From positions 62,001 through 126,000 of the forward strand of contig JALDZX010000027.1 in the NCBI GenBank assembly GCA_022813865.1: a DNA stretch of 64,000 nucleotides. The letters run 5' to 3'. The position numbers and the translations under genes are program-made. Shown here piece after piece: positions 38,631 through 51,659 of the stretch. The notes under the pieces are model-generated. The model was not told the origin of the DNA. It ran no database searches and saw nothing but the letters and a program-made list of their open reading frames with translations. How positions within the stretch are numbered: position 1 is the first letter of the stretch; the number at the start of each line of letters is the position of its first letter. The DNA is from Xylographa opegraphella (taxonomy: Eukaryota).

Positions 38631-39767
38631 CTATTCGTCCTCGCCCACCTCCTTTCGATCCCCTTGACCGCTACCAGTCTTCTTCCGCTTGTACGCCCGA
38701 CTGCTGCCACCTTTGGGCCGATAGGGTTCATCCTCTCGTTTCCGTTTCGATCTTGACATTCCTTCGAGACTGGCATTGAGGAGAAAGCCTTCATCGTCCA
38801 AAACTTCGGGGTCCGGCTTGGGAACAACTGTGGACCGCCTGGGTGTTTTGCTTGCGTTCGACGGCCTGGTAGAAGGTCTATCAGGCGGAGAGTCACTGTC
38901 CTGGAGAAAGACCTGTGGCTGATGTTTACGAAGCCAATTGTAAACAGAGACGGGATTACGTAGTGCCACGTCCTTGTCTCTATCGTTGGATCGTATAGGG
39001 TGTGAGTCCGCACTTCCTGTATGCCTCGATCCCGGGCCTTCGAGAGTCGCATCAAGGATAGCCAGATACTCCTCCTCGTGCTCCAACGAAAGATATCCTG
39101 CTGGTGAAGATTCCCCTATATCGTGAGGCAAATCGTCTTCCGGGACATCTTCGAGCACAGTGTGAGAAGTACTGCTCAGTTGTGACAAAGACAAAGGCTT
39201 GTGCAAGGCCTCGTTCAGAGCGGACTCGAGTTGACGATATGAATGAGGCGTTATCTGGCCCGTGCTAAGCTCATGCTTGGCTTCTTCCAAAGCAGCACGA
39301 GCACTTCCCAAGTCCATGGTCTTTCGGGAGGCCACATCGGGCTCCAATCCGGGAACAGCGGACTCGGACGGGGTCGGGGACCGAAGGTCATAACGAAGGT
39401 GTGGAGAAATCCCGGCAGACTCATTGACATCGAGCAGTAGATCCAAGAGTTGACTACCAGTTTTAGCCTTCACGTGATACGTGAATGGGGAGTATGCTGC
39501 TCACTCATTCTGCTCCTGCAGCCTGCGGGCTACCTTGATAGCTCTTTGCTCCTCGTCGAAGAGCGAATTGCTGACCTTCATTTTCTCCTTGAAGTTGTGC
39601 CTCATCTTGTTGTATTTCTTCCTGGCTGCCGTCAGTCCCATGTTCTACGAGCAAGAGTGAGATCATGCCTACTTGTAAGACTTGTAATTATGTTTGATGT
39701 CGCCATTTGAGATATCCTGTGGTGGTTCCAGGCCCTCCTCGGGAGACTTCTCATCCATCGAAGACAT
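38631..39767 (-). CDS. IEC3: INO80 chromatin-remodelling complex subunit Iec3-like
   Basis: YKSYK|KKYNKMRHNF...RRLQEQN|QLLDLLLDVN, RNPVSVYNWLRKHQPQVFLQD, YRPKGGSSR. Two introns. Confidence 0.82.
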
Positions 39768-40577
39768 GGTGTCGGCTCGGAGGAAGGCCTCTCATCGAGT
39801 CTTGATTGCAATCATCAGATGGCTCGCGGAAGGTCGATATTCGCATCACACGACACGTTCATTCGACAGTTCGTGATTTGGTACGTGTTTCGTCCTTTCA
39901 AGCCTGAAGCAGGTCCGCCGCTAGGACAGGGCTGAGCTCACTAGACTAGTGGCAGTTCTCATTCGTGCTCAAAGCCTCAATTCTGTACGAAGTAGGTATC
40001 TTGTGCGGAGTTGCATCACAATTTTTGTGTGTCATATTTAGAAGTTACTGCGAGGAATCTCTGCGATAAGTGCTAGTCCGCTACCCTCCAATGTTTTGTT
40101 CCAACCACGCAGAACCGCAGATACGGCTCGGATATATGGCGGAGTTAATTTCAATCCCCCACGATGGTCTTTCCTACCCAGTGTTGCCTTCCTCGTTGCT
40201 GCATGGGCAGCTCGCCTTCGCTATACTTACCTTACCGAAATGATATGGAGCACTTCTTCCCAATCTGTTTCAGGATTGCTAAGAAGCAACAATACCCCTC
40301 GAGTGCTAAAGTCGGCCAGCTTCCGTATGCGATTAGTGAGTGAGGCAGGACGTCATTTACGGCCGCCCATGCTTGCCGTGGGCTTTATCCATCGCGTGGG
40401 GTCTTTTAACCATGCCAAAACGTATACGTGAACAATGGCTTGAGAACATTCATTCCACCCGCATACTCTCTCCAATCTTAAAGCTCTGCGAATGCCAAAC
40501 AAACTCGTCATCCTAATCAACGAACCCCGCCTAAACCCCACATCTGCTCGAACAGGCAGACCACTGACAAAGTCAGG

Positions 40578-42453
40578 ATGCCGCTAAACGCAAAAGCCAT
40601 CTATCCCTCCTCGGATCCCGACTTCATCTCTTTCCCAAGTCGAAGGAGTGTAGTTCATAGCAGCAATGGCATGGTCGCGTGCACACAACCGCTGGCGGCC
40701 CGGGCTGGTCAGAGGATATTAAGAGCGGGTGGAAATGCTGCCGATGCTGCTGTGGCCGTTGCAGCGGCGCTCAATATGACCGAACCTTCGTCCACTGGTA
40801 TTGGCGGAGATATGTTCTGTTTGTTCTATAATGCAAAGACAAAGAAAGTTCACGCCCTCAATGGGTCAGGCAGATCGGCCGCGAATATCTCCTTAGAAGG
40901 GATGAAGAAAGACTTGGGCGTGAAAGCTGTGAGAACTGGGAAGATCCCAATGACTAGCGTTCATGCCGTCACTACTCCTGGAGCTGCAGCAGGCTGGGTA
41001 GATACGGTTGAGAAGTTTGGTAGTGGCAAGCTGTCCATGAAGGAGATTTTAACCCCAGCCATTGAACTGGGAGAGGAAGGCTTTCCCGTCTCCGAATTAT
41101 CAGCATATTTTGTGGGTATATCTTATACTCGGGTCTTAGGGTCATTTGCTGATAGGAACTTAGTGGGATAGAAGTGAACAGTTGATCCGCAATGCATCTC
41201 CGAACTTTGGAGAAATGTTGAAGACCGACAAATCCGCGAAAGATGGCAAACGAGCTCCCACACCTGGCGAGCTCATGTACAATCCGACTCTTGCCAATAC
41301 GTTCAAGCTGCTTGCGGAGCACGGCAAGAAGGGTTTCTACGAAGGGAAAGTCGCAGAGGCCTTGGTCAAAGTCGTGCAAGACCTCGGCGGCCACCTGTGC
41401 CTTGACGATCTAAAACACCACGCCGAACTCGGTACCCAAGAAGTGGACGCTATCTCACTGAAGTTCAACGGCCAAAATATCGCCGAAACACAGAACCACC
41501 CATACGACGACGAACGTGACATCAAGGACGGCGTCGAGATCTGGGAGCACCCGCCGAACGGACAAGGAATCGTGGCTCTCATGGCCCTTGGCATACTACA
41601 GGAGCTTGAACGCTCTGGCAAGATCCGCACGTTCAAAGAGAAGGAGCACAACTGCGCTGAGTACCTACATGCGCTCATCGACTCCCTTCGGATCGCCTTC
41701 GCAGACGCTAATTGGTGGGTGACCGACCCGGACGTTGAAAAGGTGCCGACGCAGGAACTCATCTCGCCCGAATACCTCGCCGAGCGCGCGAAGATCTTCG
41801 ACGCCAAGCGCGCCACCAACGTCGTCGACCACGGCTCGCCTGCCCATAACCACTGCGACACCGTCTACTTCGCTGTCACGGACGCCCTCGGCAATGGCAT
41901 TTCCTTCATCAACAGCAATTACGGTGGTTTCGGCACGTGCATCATTCCTCGCGGCTGCGGCTTCACGCTGCAGAATCGCGGCGCGAACTTCTCGCTACAG
42001 GAGGGTCACCCCAACGTGCTGGCGCCGCGCAAGCGGCCCTACCACACCATCATCCCCGCGCTCATCACAAACCCCAGCGACCAGAGCCTACACACCGTCT
42101 ACGGCGTCATGGGCGGCTTCATGCAGCCGCAGGGCCACGTCCAGGTCCTGCTCAACATGCTGACCTTCCGCTACAACCCGCAGGCGGCCCTGGACGCGCC
42201 GAGGATCTGTATCGGAGCCGGCATGCCGGACCAGGGCGAGGTGCTGGACCCGACCGTGTACCTGGAGGAGGGTATCAGCCAGCAGACGATGAAGGAGCTG
42301 GAGGCCATGGGCCATCGGGTGGAGATGGTCAAGGGGCAGGAAAGGGGCTTGTTCGGCAGGGGACAGGTGATCCGGTGTCACAAGGAGGATGGCAAGTACG
42401 TGTACAGCGCCGGGAGTGATCCGCGAGGGGACGGAGCGGCCTTCCCCGCATGA
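40578..42453 (+). CDS. Gamma-glutamyltranspeptidase (Ntn hydrolase, bacterial-like cytosolic type)
   Basis: GGNAADAAVA, GIGGD, HCD-T-VYF (catalytic Thr), KRPYHTIIP, GVMGGFMQPQGH, SDPRGDG. Intron 41112-41163. Confidence 0.93.
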
Positions 42454-43457
42454 CCGGATGGCTGCGATCGTGGTTTGTAGATACGGCGAGTGTCTTTGGG
42501 TGTATAGATACTTTCGTCCCGCATGCCCTCCCGCCGTCTCTCTGCCGCCGCAGCCGCGCTCGTCTTGGACGCTTCCCGTCCGTCTCCCATACCCATTTTC
42601 CCCAGTCGCAGCAAATTCACCCAAGCAACCCCTCCGGACGCTTCGCACACTGTAACCCACTATCTCCCAGCCTCAAAACTCCAAAATCAACTATACACAT
42701 CCCTGCTTCCCCACAGTACGCAGAGACGCGCTAGAATAGAAGAAAGCAGTTGAAAAAGAGCGTAGATGTCAGAGAGTAGATCCCGGCGCTGGTTGAAAAC
42801 TCTCGCGAGCCCACCGTGGCTTAACCGGCGTCAAAACTACATACTATTAATACTTACATACGACATAAAAGCGGGTAGGAGGAAAGAGTTCATATAGGCA
42901 ACATTAAGGAAGATATGGATGGGAGGAAGCACGGAGATATAAAAGGTCTGGATCAAAGAGGTCACTACACACGAAGCGAGGCGTCAGTAGACTTGGGCAT
43001 TATCAAATCACACTTAAGAGTCCGGAAGAGAGTGACTTGTAGTAAGATATGGAGGCAGCCATCTTCAGCCGTAGGGTACTATAGTACGTTCTGCCAGTAC
43101 GAGTACCTTTTGATTGCCACCGCTTCAACCTGGTCCCCAGTCTCCGAAGGAACGAGGCTGCACTCTGCTTTCCGGAGTATTTCACAGTCGTTATACACAT
43201 ATCCATATGCCGTTTTCTACACCAGAGCTGACCGCCCCCCAGTCTTTCGTAGTGGAGACTTGAAATTGTGCTGCTCTTGTCAGCAAAATGTCAGGGATAT
43301 CCAAGCGAGTTGGATTCTACCGACCTGCCCAGGCTTGAAGCGACGGAACAGAATTGTGAACCGGTAGAGCACTCGTCATGTACAACCATGGCGGGAATAG
43401 GGTGCAAGGGTCAAAGCTTCTCGAAGCGGGTATTGAAATGCGTGTTCAGAACGAGCC

Positions 43458-46052
43458 TTAGCTCTTGAATGTGAAACTCTTGCCTGCGATTTCTTTCTTC
43501 GACTTCCTCATTGCTTTTGGAGCATTCAGCGACTTTGAGTACGGATCAAATGACGGCCTTGCGCCGCCGCGATCGTTCTTGTTTGGCTTTGCGTGTAAAA
43601 TGGAAGGCGCATTCGCGTAATCGAAAGGCTCCTCGGCCTCGTTTGCGTTGCGGCTTTCATTCCGGCTTGCTTGTGCTTTCTCTAGCTTTCTTTGAGCTCT
43701 CTTCAACTTTTTTTGAGCTTTTCGTGCCGCGTGCATGTCGGCTTTCTCAACTACATCAGTTGGAGCGATCTCCATTTCGTCATCGTTATGGTCCGCAACT
43801 TCTGGCACATCTGATGATTTGCTCTGGAATGACGGCTCTGGTGTGTCTTTCAGCTCAGTCGCTTTTCTTTTCCGGAGACCACCAAGCTCTTTTATCACAA
43901 ACACGTTGTCCCGAGGCACAGGCCGCTCTTTGACGAATTTGTGTTCAGCGAGGGAACCTGGATTTCCAGATGGGGTTGTGATGCCAACCTGATCATCTAT
44001 GTTTGGTGTGGTAAAGATATCGGCTGTAAGTGGAGGCAATGGTAGTGCAAGACGAATCTCTGGCAGCAGTTGTACTGACTGCTCCGTAGTTACATTATCG
44101 GTTTCGTTGACAGTGGCACCCCAAAACATGGAGCTCCGGCTTCGTATCGCCGCCACTGTTTGCCCAATCGAGAACGATGGCACAGTCTGCGACGATCCGA
44201 GTTTTGTTAATGGTAGAGATCTGGAGTAATACTCCTTCTCTTGGATAGACTCGAAGCTTGCTGCTTGTGCTTTCATAAATTCTTTCATGTCCGGACCCTG
44301 GGAGCCGTGAGCTTTCGCATCTCTGACAATAGCTAGCAATTCGATAATATGTCCATGCATGAATCGTGATATTGGATGTGAGCATGCCAATAACGCAGGC
44401 AATTCGACAGGCATCTCCCTTGCAATGTTGTAAATGACAATCTTTGGCATTATGAAATTCAGACTTTCATCATACCGTCTGGCAATATCGTCTCGCCAAC
44501 GATGCACAGCTCGGAAGATCGAGAACTGTTCTCTGCTAAACAAAGCTGGGGTGCGGTTAAGCATATTGTACCATCCAGTGGCGCCCATCCCACACTCCGT
44601 GTCATATAATTCTCTCTCGTACTTCCGCAACGCCACTTTCTTGGATTCTTCAAGAACAGTGTTGACGAGGTTCCCACTCTCGGACCGGGTTTCCGAACCG
44701 TCGATCAACTCATTCCTCATATGATCGTAGATATTAAGCAAAAAGTGGGTGTCTGATCGAGCATATTTGAACATCTGCTCAGGAAGAGGCCTTGAAATCT
44801 TGATTAGTAGTTTGGTAACAAAGGTAAACAAAGGACAAATCAAACCGGAGACGCCAGTCAGCTGTCTGATATTGCTTCTGTGCGTTGAAGTTTGCAAATT
44901 TTGAAAGTAACCAAGCCAGGCTGTGGCGAGGGTAATTGAGAGAAACTGAAGCATGATAAGTGTCGAATAATCCTACGATGTATAGGCCCAAGTCTCGTTG
45001 CAACCAGATGATATCCATGAATGCACCATGTAAAACCTGTCACCATCAGCTTTGTTGATGAAATTCGAGACTGAACTCACCTTCAAGATAGCCGGGTCTG
45101 CAAAAACTTCATTTAACATCTGGAGCTCCTCCCTCCATGGCTTTAGGGTATCAACCACCCAATCTTTCTCTCGTGTACTGACCTGCATCAGAGATACTAG
45201 TCCAATGTAAGAGTGTGTGTCATGATGTTCCAAATCTATTGCTATTTCTTTCGCGTTTCTTAGATCTGCAAGCATAGCTTCCACGCCTTCGACGGTGTCA
45301 ACAAAAGTCGCTGTGGTAGAGTCGAGGGATGAGTACGGAAGAGGATCAGCTTTGACATAGACTGGCGGTGGGTAGGTCGATTGAAGAATCTCAGTCTGAT
45401 ATGGATGCTTGTATCTAAAGTGTGTGTCAGTCGAATTCCTCATTACTTGACCACAATTAGTCAATGACATATAACATTGAAAATCATACTCTTCGACGCC
45501 ATCTTCTCTTGTGACTGGGCCTATACTTTCCTGGAGAGGAACTATCGCATGAGGTTTAGCACGAAGTAGTGGCTTAAAAGCATTGGTCTCTTGATTATCT
45601 GGCACTTTGTTGAAAAGCAATTGCGGTTTTGGTATATCTTGGGACTTCTGCTTAGAAGCAAACGACTTCCGAATGGTCATCGGAGCCGGTGTACTCGTCT
45701 GAGACGAGGTAAATTGTTTGTTGGTGCCTGTGTACTCGTCAAGGCCGACGTCCGTCTTTTCAAGAAGATGGTCAACGACATCGATAACTCCTTTCCGATT
45801 GTCCTCCACGTTTTCTTTGTCCAGCAGTTCAGGTGTGGCTGCTGCGCTGCCAGTAGCAGCACTTTGTATCAGTTTCTGTGCCAGACTGAGCGGTCGGCTC
45901 TTCTGTTCGTCCAGCTTGCGTGCCAACGCAGGGCCAGAAGATCGGTGGAAGGCGAGATCTTCCGCGGCACTCTGCCCTGTGGTACGGTTGGTGGCAGCCG
46001 GGCTCGCAGGGATACGGTCCTGGAGGGACGTGAACTGCTGGTTAGAGTCCAT
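43458..46052 (-). CDS. RRP6: Nuclear exosome 3'-5' exonuclease Rrp6 (PMC2NT, DEDDy, HRDC)
   Basis: [43 protein letters not shown] ([12 protein letters not shown]). Three introns. Confidence 0.93.
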
Positions 46053-47244
46053 CTCCAAAGCCTAAAATAGCTCCAGAAGCAACCGTGACATGGTAAATAA
46101 GTTATGACCACGTACTTCTTCGAGGATCGTGCATAAGGTAGTTGCTCAACTTTCATCACCTCGCTTTGATCCCTGCCCGGAAACTTTTATCGCGCAACGC
46201 ACGGACTCCCGCGTGCAGGCATCGATCAAGCAGATGCGCCTACTAGCGTGCCTCGTTTTAAGCGTCGTCGATATGTCCTCCAGATCGTGGACTGGAACTC
46301 AACGAGTTAATCCACAATCACATCTGGACAGCGCAAGCAAGGGCATGTCAGCATCGTTGGCCCCAGAGTGCAACGAGGTCAAAGAGTATGCAGTAGTGTG
46401 GCCTGTATGTTGGCAACGTCACTGACAGCTATTCAGCCGCTACGATTCATGTTTTTTGAAGTGGTATAGCGAGAGTGAGATGTTCTTGTCGGTATCAGGC
46501 GTGCCACTTACAGACCCCAACAGAGTACCTTCGTGGCAATTCTGTCACTGACGAATGCGAACCTCTTTTCAAGAAGTACAAGGAATGCTTGACGGTATGT
46601 TCCTGCACATAGCCACCTTTGAGCATGTCTCGAAACGTTGCTGACCGGCTCTTAGAAAGCTCTGAAGGATAGAGGGATAGACAAGATGCTGGAAGAGGCT
46701 CGAGAGGACAACAACAGCAACGACGCCGATAGTTTCAAATGGGGATCTAAGTCATGATGTGAACGTCAAGGTCTCCACTCGTTTTCGAGGATAGCTATGT
46801 AGACGCTGCGAGTATTGCAGCTGTTGATTCAAAGATACCCCATTCCATGCAAAGGATATTATCGCTTGTCATGCTTCTGTTAATAAACATCTACAACTAA
46901 GGTAGATATCCAAGTACGGCAAGTCATATATAAGTGAGTTCATTGTGCTTGACGCGGGTTCGCGCCTGAGGCTGAAGCAGCCGCTAGCTGCAGCGGGAAG
47001 TGCCGCTCTGCCGTAAGTTTCGCGGGCTCGAGCTGGAAGTAATTCTTGCACCACGGGGATGAGATCAATCGAGGATGTTTCATGACCTATCTTCAGTGAG
47101 AGTGATGTATCCGCTCCTCGAGGATTCCCTGCACTTTCCGATTCACTGCCTCCATAAGTCTATCTGTCTGCTCCGAAATTGATCGATTGCGGACGATAGT
47201 GAAGCATACCGACCCGTCAGTACCTAGTGAATGGAATTTGATTC

Positions 47245-47625
47245 ATGCACCCTTTCTCAGTTCTCACCCTTGGAATATTCGTCGCTGGGTACATAACCGC
47301 TCGTTGGGATCTGGTCACACGTCTGTATGAGCTTGCCATCTTTGCCTGGGATCACGGAGTCATTGTAGGTAAACCTGCAAGGCAGATTCGACATAGCTAA
47401 GATGGTGCCCTCTAGACTCGAGCAACCAGAGGCTTCGTCATACTATCGATCTTCTTTGTTCTCTTCATTTTACCAGTTGGGCGATTGGCGTTACGAGAAT
47501 CGGTTCAGGTATTGTGGGCTTCCTTGAGGCTTCATCTGGAGTCTTGCTCATGTTCACAGCACCCCAGATCAAAGGACAGTGGTATCTCTGCACGTGAGCA
47601 ATTAAGGAGGCGTGGATCGTTTTGA
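47245..47625 (+). CDS. 92-aa hydrophobic microprotein, 3 exons (47245-47364, 47416-47508, 47560-47625), immediately upstream of GPI1; absent from the ORF track
   Basis: Spliced MHPFSVLTLGIFVAGYITARWDLVTRLYELAIFAWDHGVI|TRATRGFVILSIFFVLFILPVGRLALRESVQ|HPRSKDSGISAREQLRRRGSF*. Two phase-0 51-nt GT-AG introns. Confidence 0.75.
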
Positions 47626-47645
47626 TCTCCAACGACAATGATATT

Positions 47646-49927
47646 ATGGCTGGTGGTAGTGGGCTTTTAAGAATATTTTGGCCGTCAGATGTCCCTCGCA
47701 ACAATCGACAAGGGACGATTGTGGGATGGAGAAATTCAGAGCTCGACTTCTTTGTAGTTTCGGTGCTGCAGGATGTAGAGGTTCGGTGACTTCTTGTCAA
47801 CTCGAACTTTCTAACCTGTATTCCTAGGCACGCAACGTTGAGAACGCCCTTCGAGTGGGCACTCTGTTTCGTAACAGCCCGCATCCAGTCGAGAGGCTAT
47901 TTCAATTATGCGAGAAATCGACAATGAATGTCCTCGGTATCGCAAACCCACGAGTCAAGCCAAGCTCCTTCGATCAGTTACAACTACATGTCTTCATAGA
48001 TGCGACAACAGGATTCCCACAAATATACTGTCCATGGGAATACAAGATGTCCGTCCAGATCATCGTCTTTGACAGGCCCTTTGCTAGAGCGATGCAATAT
48101 ATGTCTCTGGATCCAATTTCTCTGGCACTGAGCGATACCTCGAGAATGGTATCCCCTTATCTCGCCGACTTGGAAGAGAAGCCAAAATCCAATCTCATCC
48201 AGAAGCTTCGGTTACACACGGTTGTTCATCATTCATCATCAGTCAAGGAATTGATCTTACCTGTCATCCTCAGTCAGATCAATTGCTCCATGGAACTCTC
48301 AACCTTGCTCGTAAAGAATATCAACCTGATAGGTGCTAGGCAGAAGCGTAGTCTTAGTGTCAGCGAGAGGGTGGTAGAATCTGCAAATACTCTTTGGGAA
48401 TTTATTATAGTTGCTATTTGGCACGGCCTTACTGTTTGGATTTTCCCGGTACTCACTCAGGCTTTCATCATTGGACTGATCTGCCATCGCGGAATCGCAG
48501 AAGGCATTCTGCAAGTTCTTGATTGGAGAATTCGACCGGATTCAGCAGCATTGAAGGACGTATCCGCTACAGCTCAGCAAGTAGACATCCGGTTACAGCA
48601 ATTTTGCTATTGGCCCATTCAATATACTACACTTCGTCGAAGACGAGATGACTGGGACAGCATTACAGACAGGCATCCCGATTACATCCGCTTCTACAAT
48701 AGCCTTTGGCTGGTCGCGAACGACGTTATCATAGGTATCGCCTTGGGATCTTACATTATCGACAATGCGGATTGGGTGGCCGAATCGATCAACAGCTTTT
48801 TGACCAATTGGACCGTGCAAGGTTTACAAAGAATGATTGTCTGGCTGACTGACTGGCCTGCCGGATTAAAGCTCAACAATGAACTGGCCAGTTTTCTTGG
48901 TGACCTGTTCTTGTGGGTGATCGACTATTGGTCCCGTGAGTAATACAGATATGAGATTGCGTGATAGTGCTAACAAAATCAGAATGTGTTGATAATTTTC
49001 GGCCATTCTTGCCTCAGATAATCTATTTCATTGGCTTCTCGAGCTTTGCCGGTGCCAGCATGCCAATAGCTCTGTTCTCCGATCTTCTGTCTCTACTGAC
49101 TGTACATATTACCGCATTTTATCTTGCCTCCGCACGTATATACCACTGGCAATGGATAATACTAATATCTCTTTTTCACCTTTTCCGAGGGAAAAAGCAC
49201 AACGTTTTACGTAATCGAATCGATTCATGCGACTACGACCTGGATCAGCTGCTTTTGGGAACCATCCTATTCACTCTGCTCGTCTTTCTATTGCCAACAG
49301 TGCTTGTATTTTACCTAACTTTCGCTTCCGCGAGGATGGCCATCATCTTTCTAGAAGCTGCATTGGACACTTTACTGGCATGTTTGAACCACTTTCCGCT
49401 TTTTGCATTGATGTTGCGTGTAAAGGACTCGCGGCGTCTCCCAGGTAGGTTTATTCCTAGGGTTTGTCTGTGCATGGGCTAACACTGTACAGGCGGTATT
49501 TGCTTTGAACTTCGTGATACCCCTTCTAACTTGCTAAGCCCACTTGATTTCAACGAAATTCCACCTGTATCATACGTCGCATTGAAGGTACAACTTAGCT
49601 TGCGATTTTTCAGCCGATGGCAAAGCTAATGCTTAGAAACAGTCTGTCCCATTATCACTTCGAGCCACATTTGACCAGTATTTCCAGCTCGCAGAACGCA
49701 TACGCAAGCACTATCTCTCGACTCGTGTAGGTTTTCACCTCGCCACTGGTCGGTTTGTGCCTCCAATACACCGTAGAAATCTGTACAGTCTTCAGTATAG
49801 TATGCTGCCACTTCGGCGCTATGAGATCGGTGCGGTGTGGAAACGACTGACCGAGACACGGGTCTCGTCAAGCAATGGTACCTTAAAAATACCGAACGGA
49901 GTTCACCTCCGACGCACATATCGATAA
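47646..49927 (+). CDS. GPI1: GPI-GlcNAc transferase subunit Gpi1/PIG-Q
   Basis: LRIFWP...VGWRN start, YIRFYNSLWLVANDVIIG, WPAGLKLNNEL, LFRGKKHNVLRNRIDSCDYDLDQLLLGT. Four introns. Stop TAA 49925-49927. Confidence 0.93.
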
Positions 49928-50308
49928 ATGAAATAACATAAGCCGTCTTTTCGACCACTGCTTGTAAAACTGGTAAGATTCTGCATGCGGATTCTGTCAC
50001 ACAGTTCTCAGCTTTCTGGATCGAACTTTCCATGCTACTCAAGCCATATACAGGAACATCACATCCTTGAGCCATCTGCACTGGCAGTAGAATCGTGGCT
50101 GAAATACGTCCAGGATTTATTGACAACTTATTTGACGAAATTATGCTGCCTAATAGTACTGCTACAAGATTTCAGTAAAGCACGAAAGAAACGATCTTTA
50201 CACCCCTCAGACACAATATAAACGTCGTAACTGCAGTGCAACAGTACCGAGTATGAGCCAAACACTGCTGGCTTAAGACGCGAAATACACGATCAGCTCT
50301 ATAGCAGA

Positions 50309-51659
50309 TTATCGTGTCGTCCTGGGTGTTACAGCTTCACATTCAGCGGGTGTCCCGTCATGCCAGATCCCTCCACATCCAGCACAACGCTTAGCGCAGC
50401 CCTCCATTCCATCATCCGAGAAAGGCAATCCACCCAGATGTTGACCACAAATACACGTTCTTCCAAAAAAAATTGTCTCTGTCTTTCCCTTCACGACACC
50501 TGCTCCCACAATCTCTCTCCTGACTTCTTCCTCAGCCGCAAGGCGTATGCTGGTGCGCTCAAGCCATTGGATGCGACAGCGGAGGCAGTAATGCCACGAC
50601 TTCTTTTGTGAAGACTTTCCTGAAGACGCTTCGGAAGGCAGCTGGAGAGGGCACCTACAGTCGTTGTGACCGGTAGTCGATGGGAATTTGACCTTCGCTT
50701 CTTGCGTGCAGGCCATACACAAGGGGAGAAGAGCCGGCGTAAGTAGGTGTTCCCGGTAAGTCTGGATGTACTCATGTCCGGCAACAATACAGTGTCGACA
50801 AATCCCTTTACCCTCTCCTCTGTTCTTGGGGTCGTGTCTCCTTTTATTATCACACAGGATCACTTTCCCTTCATGTTCCAAATCCAGCTGCTCTTCGCCT
50901 GTGATAGGATGGAGGTAGCTTTCTGTACAGGTTGGTGATGACGGCTCTTGGGACTGGTTCCGACCAATGACTGTTCTTGTGTCAGAACGGATTGTAGGAC
51001 AAGGCTGGTCTTTAACGACATGTCCGAGGAAGATGTCACCCGGGGGTGCGGCGATTGGTGTTGCAGTTGTGGACAACGAAGAAGTCGTTTCCAGACCAAT
51101 GATTCCTGTGGCAAGCCGCTTACGAGGACGGCCTACCGGCCGGCGTGCAACCAGAGCCGCATTCGCTGAAGGTATCGCAGTCCTCGGGGTGTCGGCAGCG
51201 CCTATTTCTTCAACCACAGCTGCCGAATAGGACCGCTTTCGACTCTTCTTGCCCTCGGACGAGGCACAACCATCCAGCGTCTCCGGTATGGGCTTCATGT
51301 ATCCAGGAATCCTGCGTAGGAGCTCAATACGCAAGTCTTTGGGGAACACCTCACTGGCCAGAACTCTTTCTCTAACACTGATTGGGTAAGATAAGACGCG
51401 ATACTCTCCTGTCCTTGTGTTCGTGTAGTAGTCGACCTCAAAGCCTACACGCCTCCTCTCTTTACGGATCAGCCTTGCGTCGAGGTGTATATTAGCACCG
51501 ATCTGTTCATCACGCTTCTGTTTCTTCTCTGTTGTGTGATTTCCGATTTGAGCTGTGGGAGCAGTGTTGATGGAGAGGAGGTTCTTCTCTGCTGGATGTT
51601 GAGGCACTACCAAGCCGTTTTTGAGGATGTCGCTCGACGACTCGAACAAGATGGTCATG
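50309..51659 (-). CDS. Hypothetical protein with AT-hook and Cys-rich putative Zn-binding C-terminus
   Basis: Open frame of ~450 codons, RRPVGRPRKR AT-hook, NLS-like KKSRKR, several CxxC/CxC pairs. Start uncertain (ATG at ~51659 or GTG at 51691). Confidence 0.6.
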
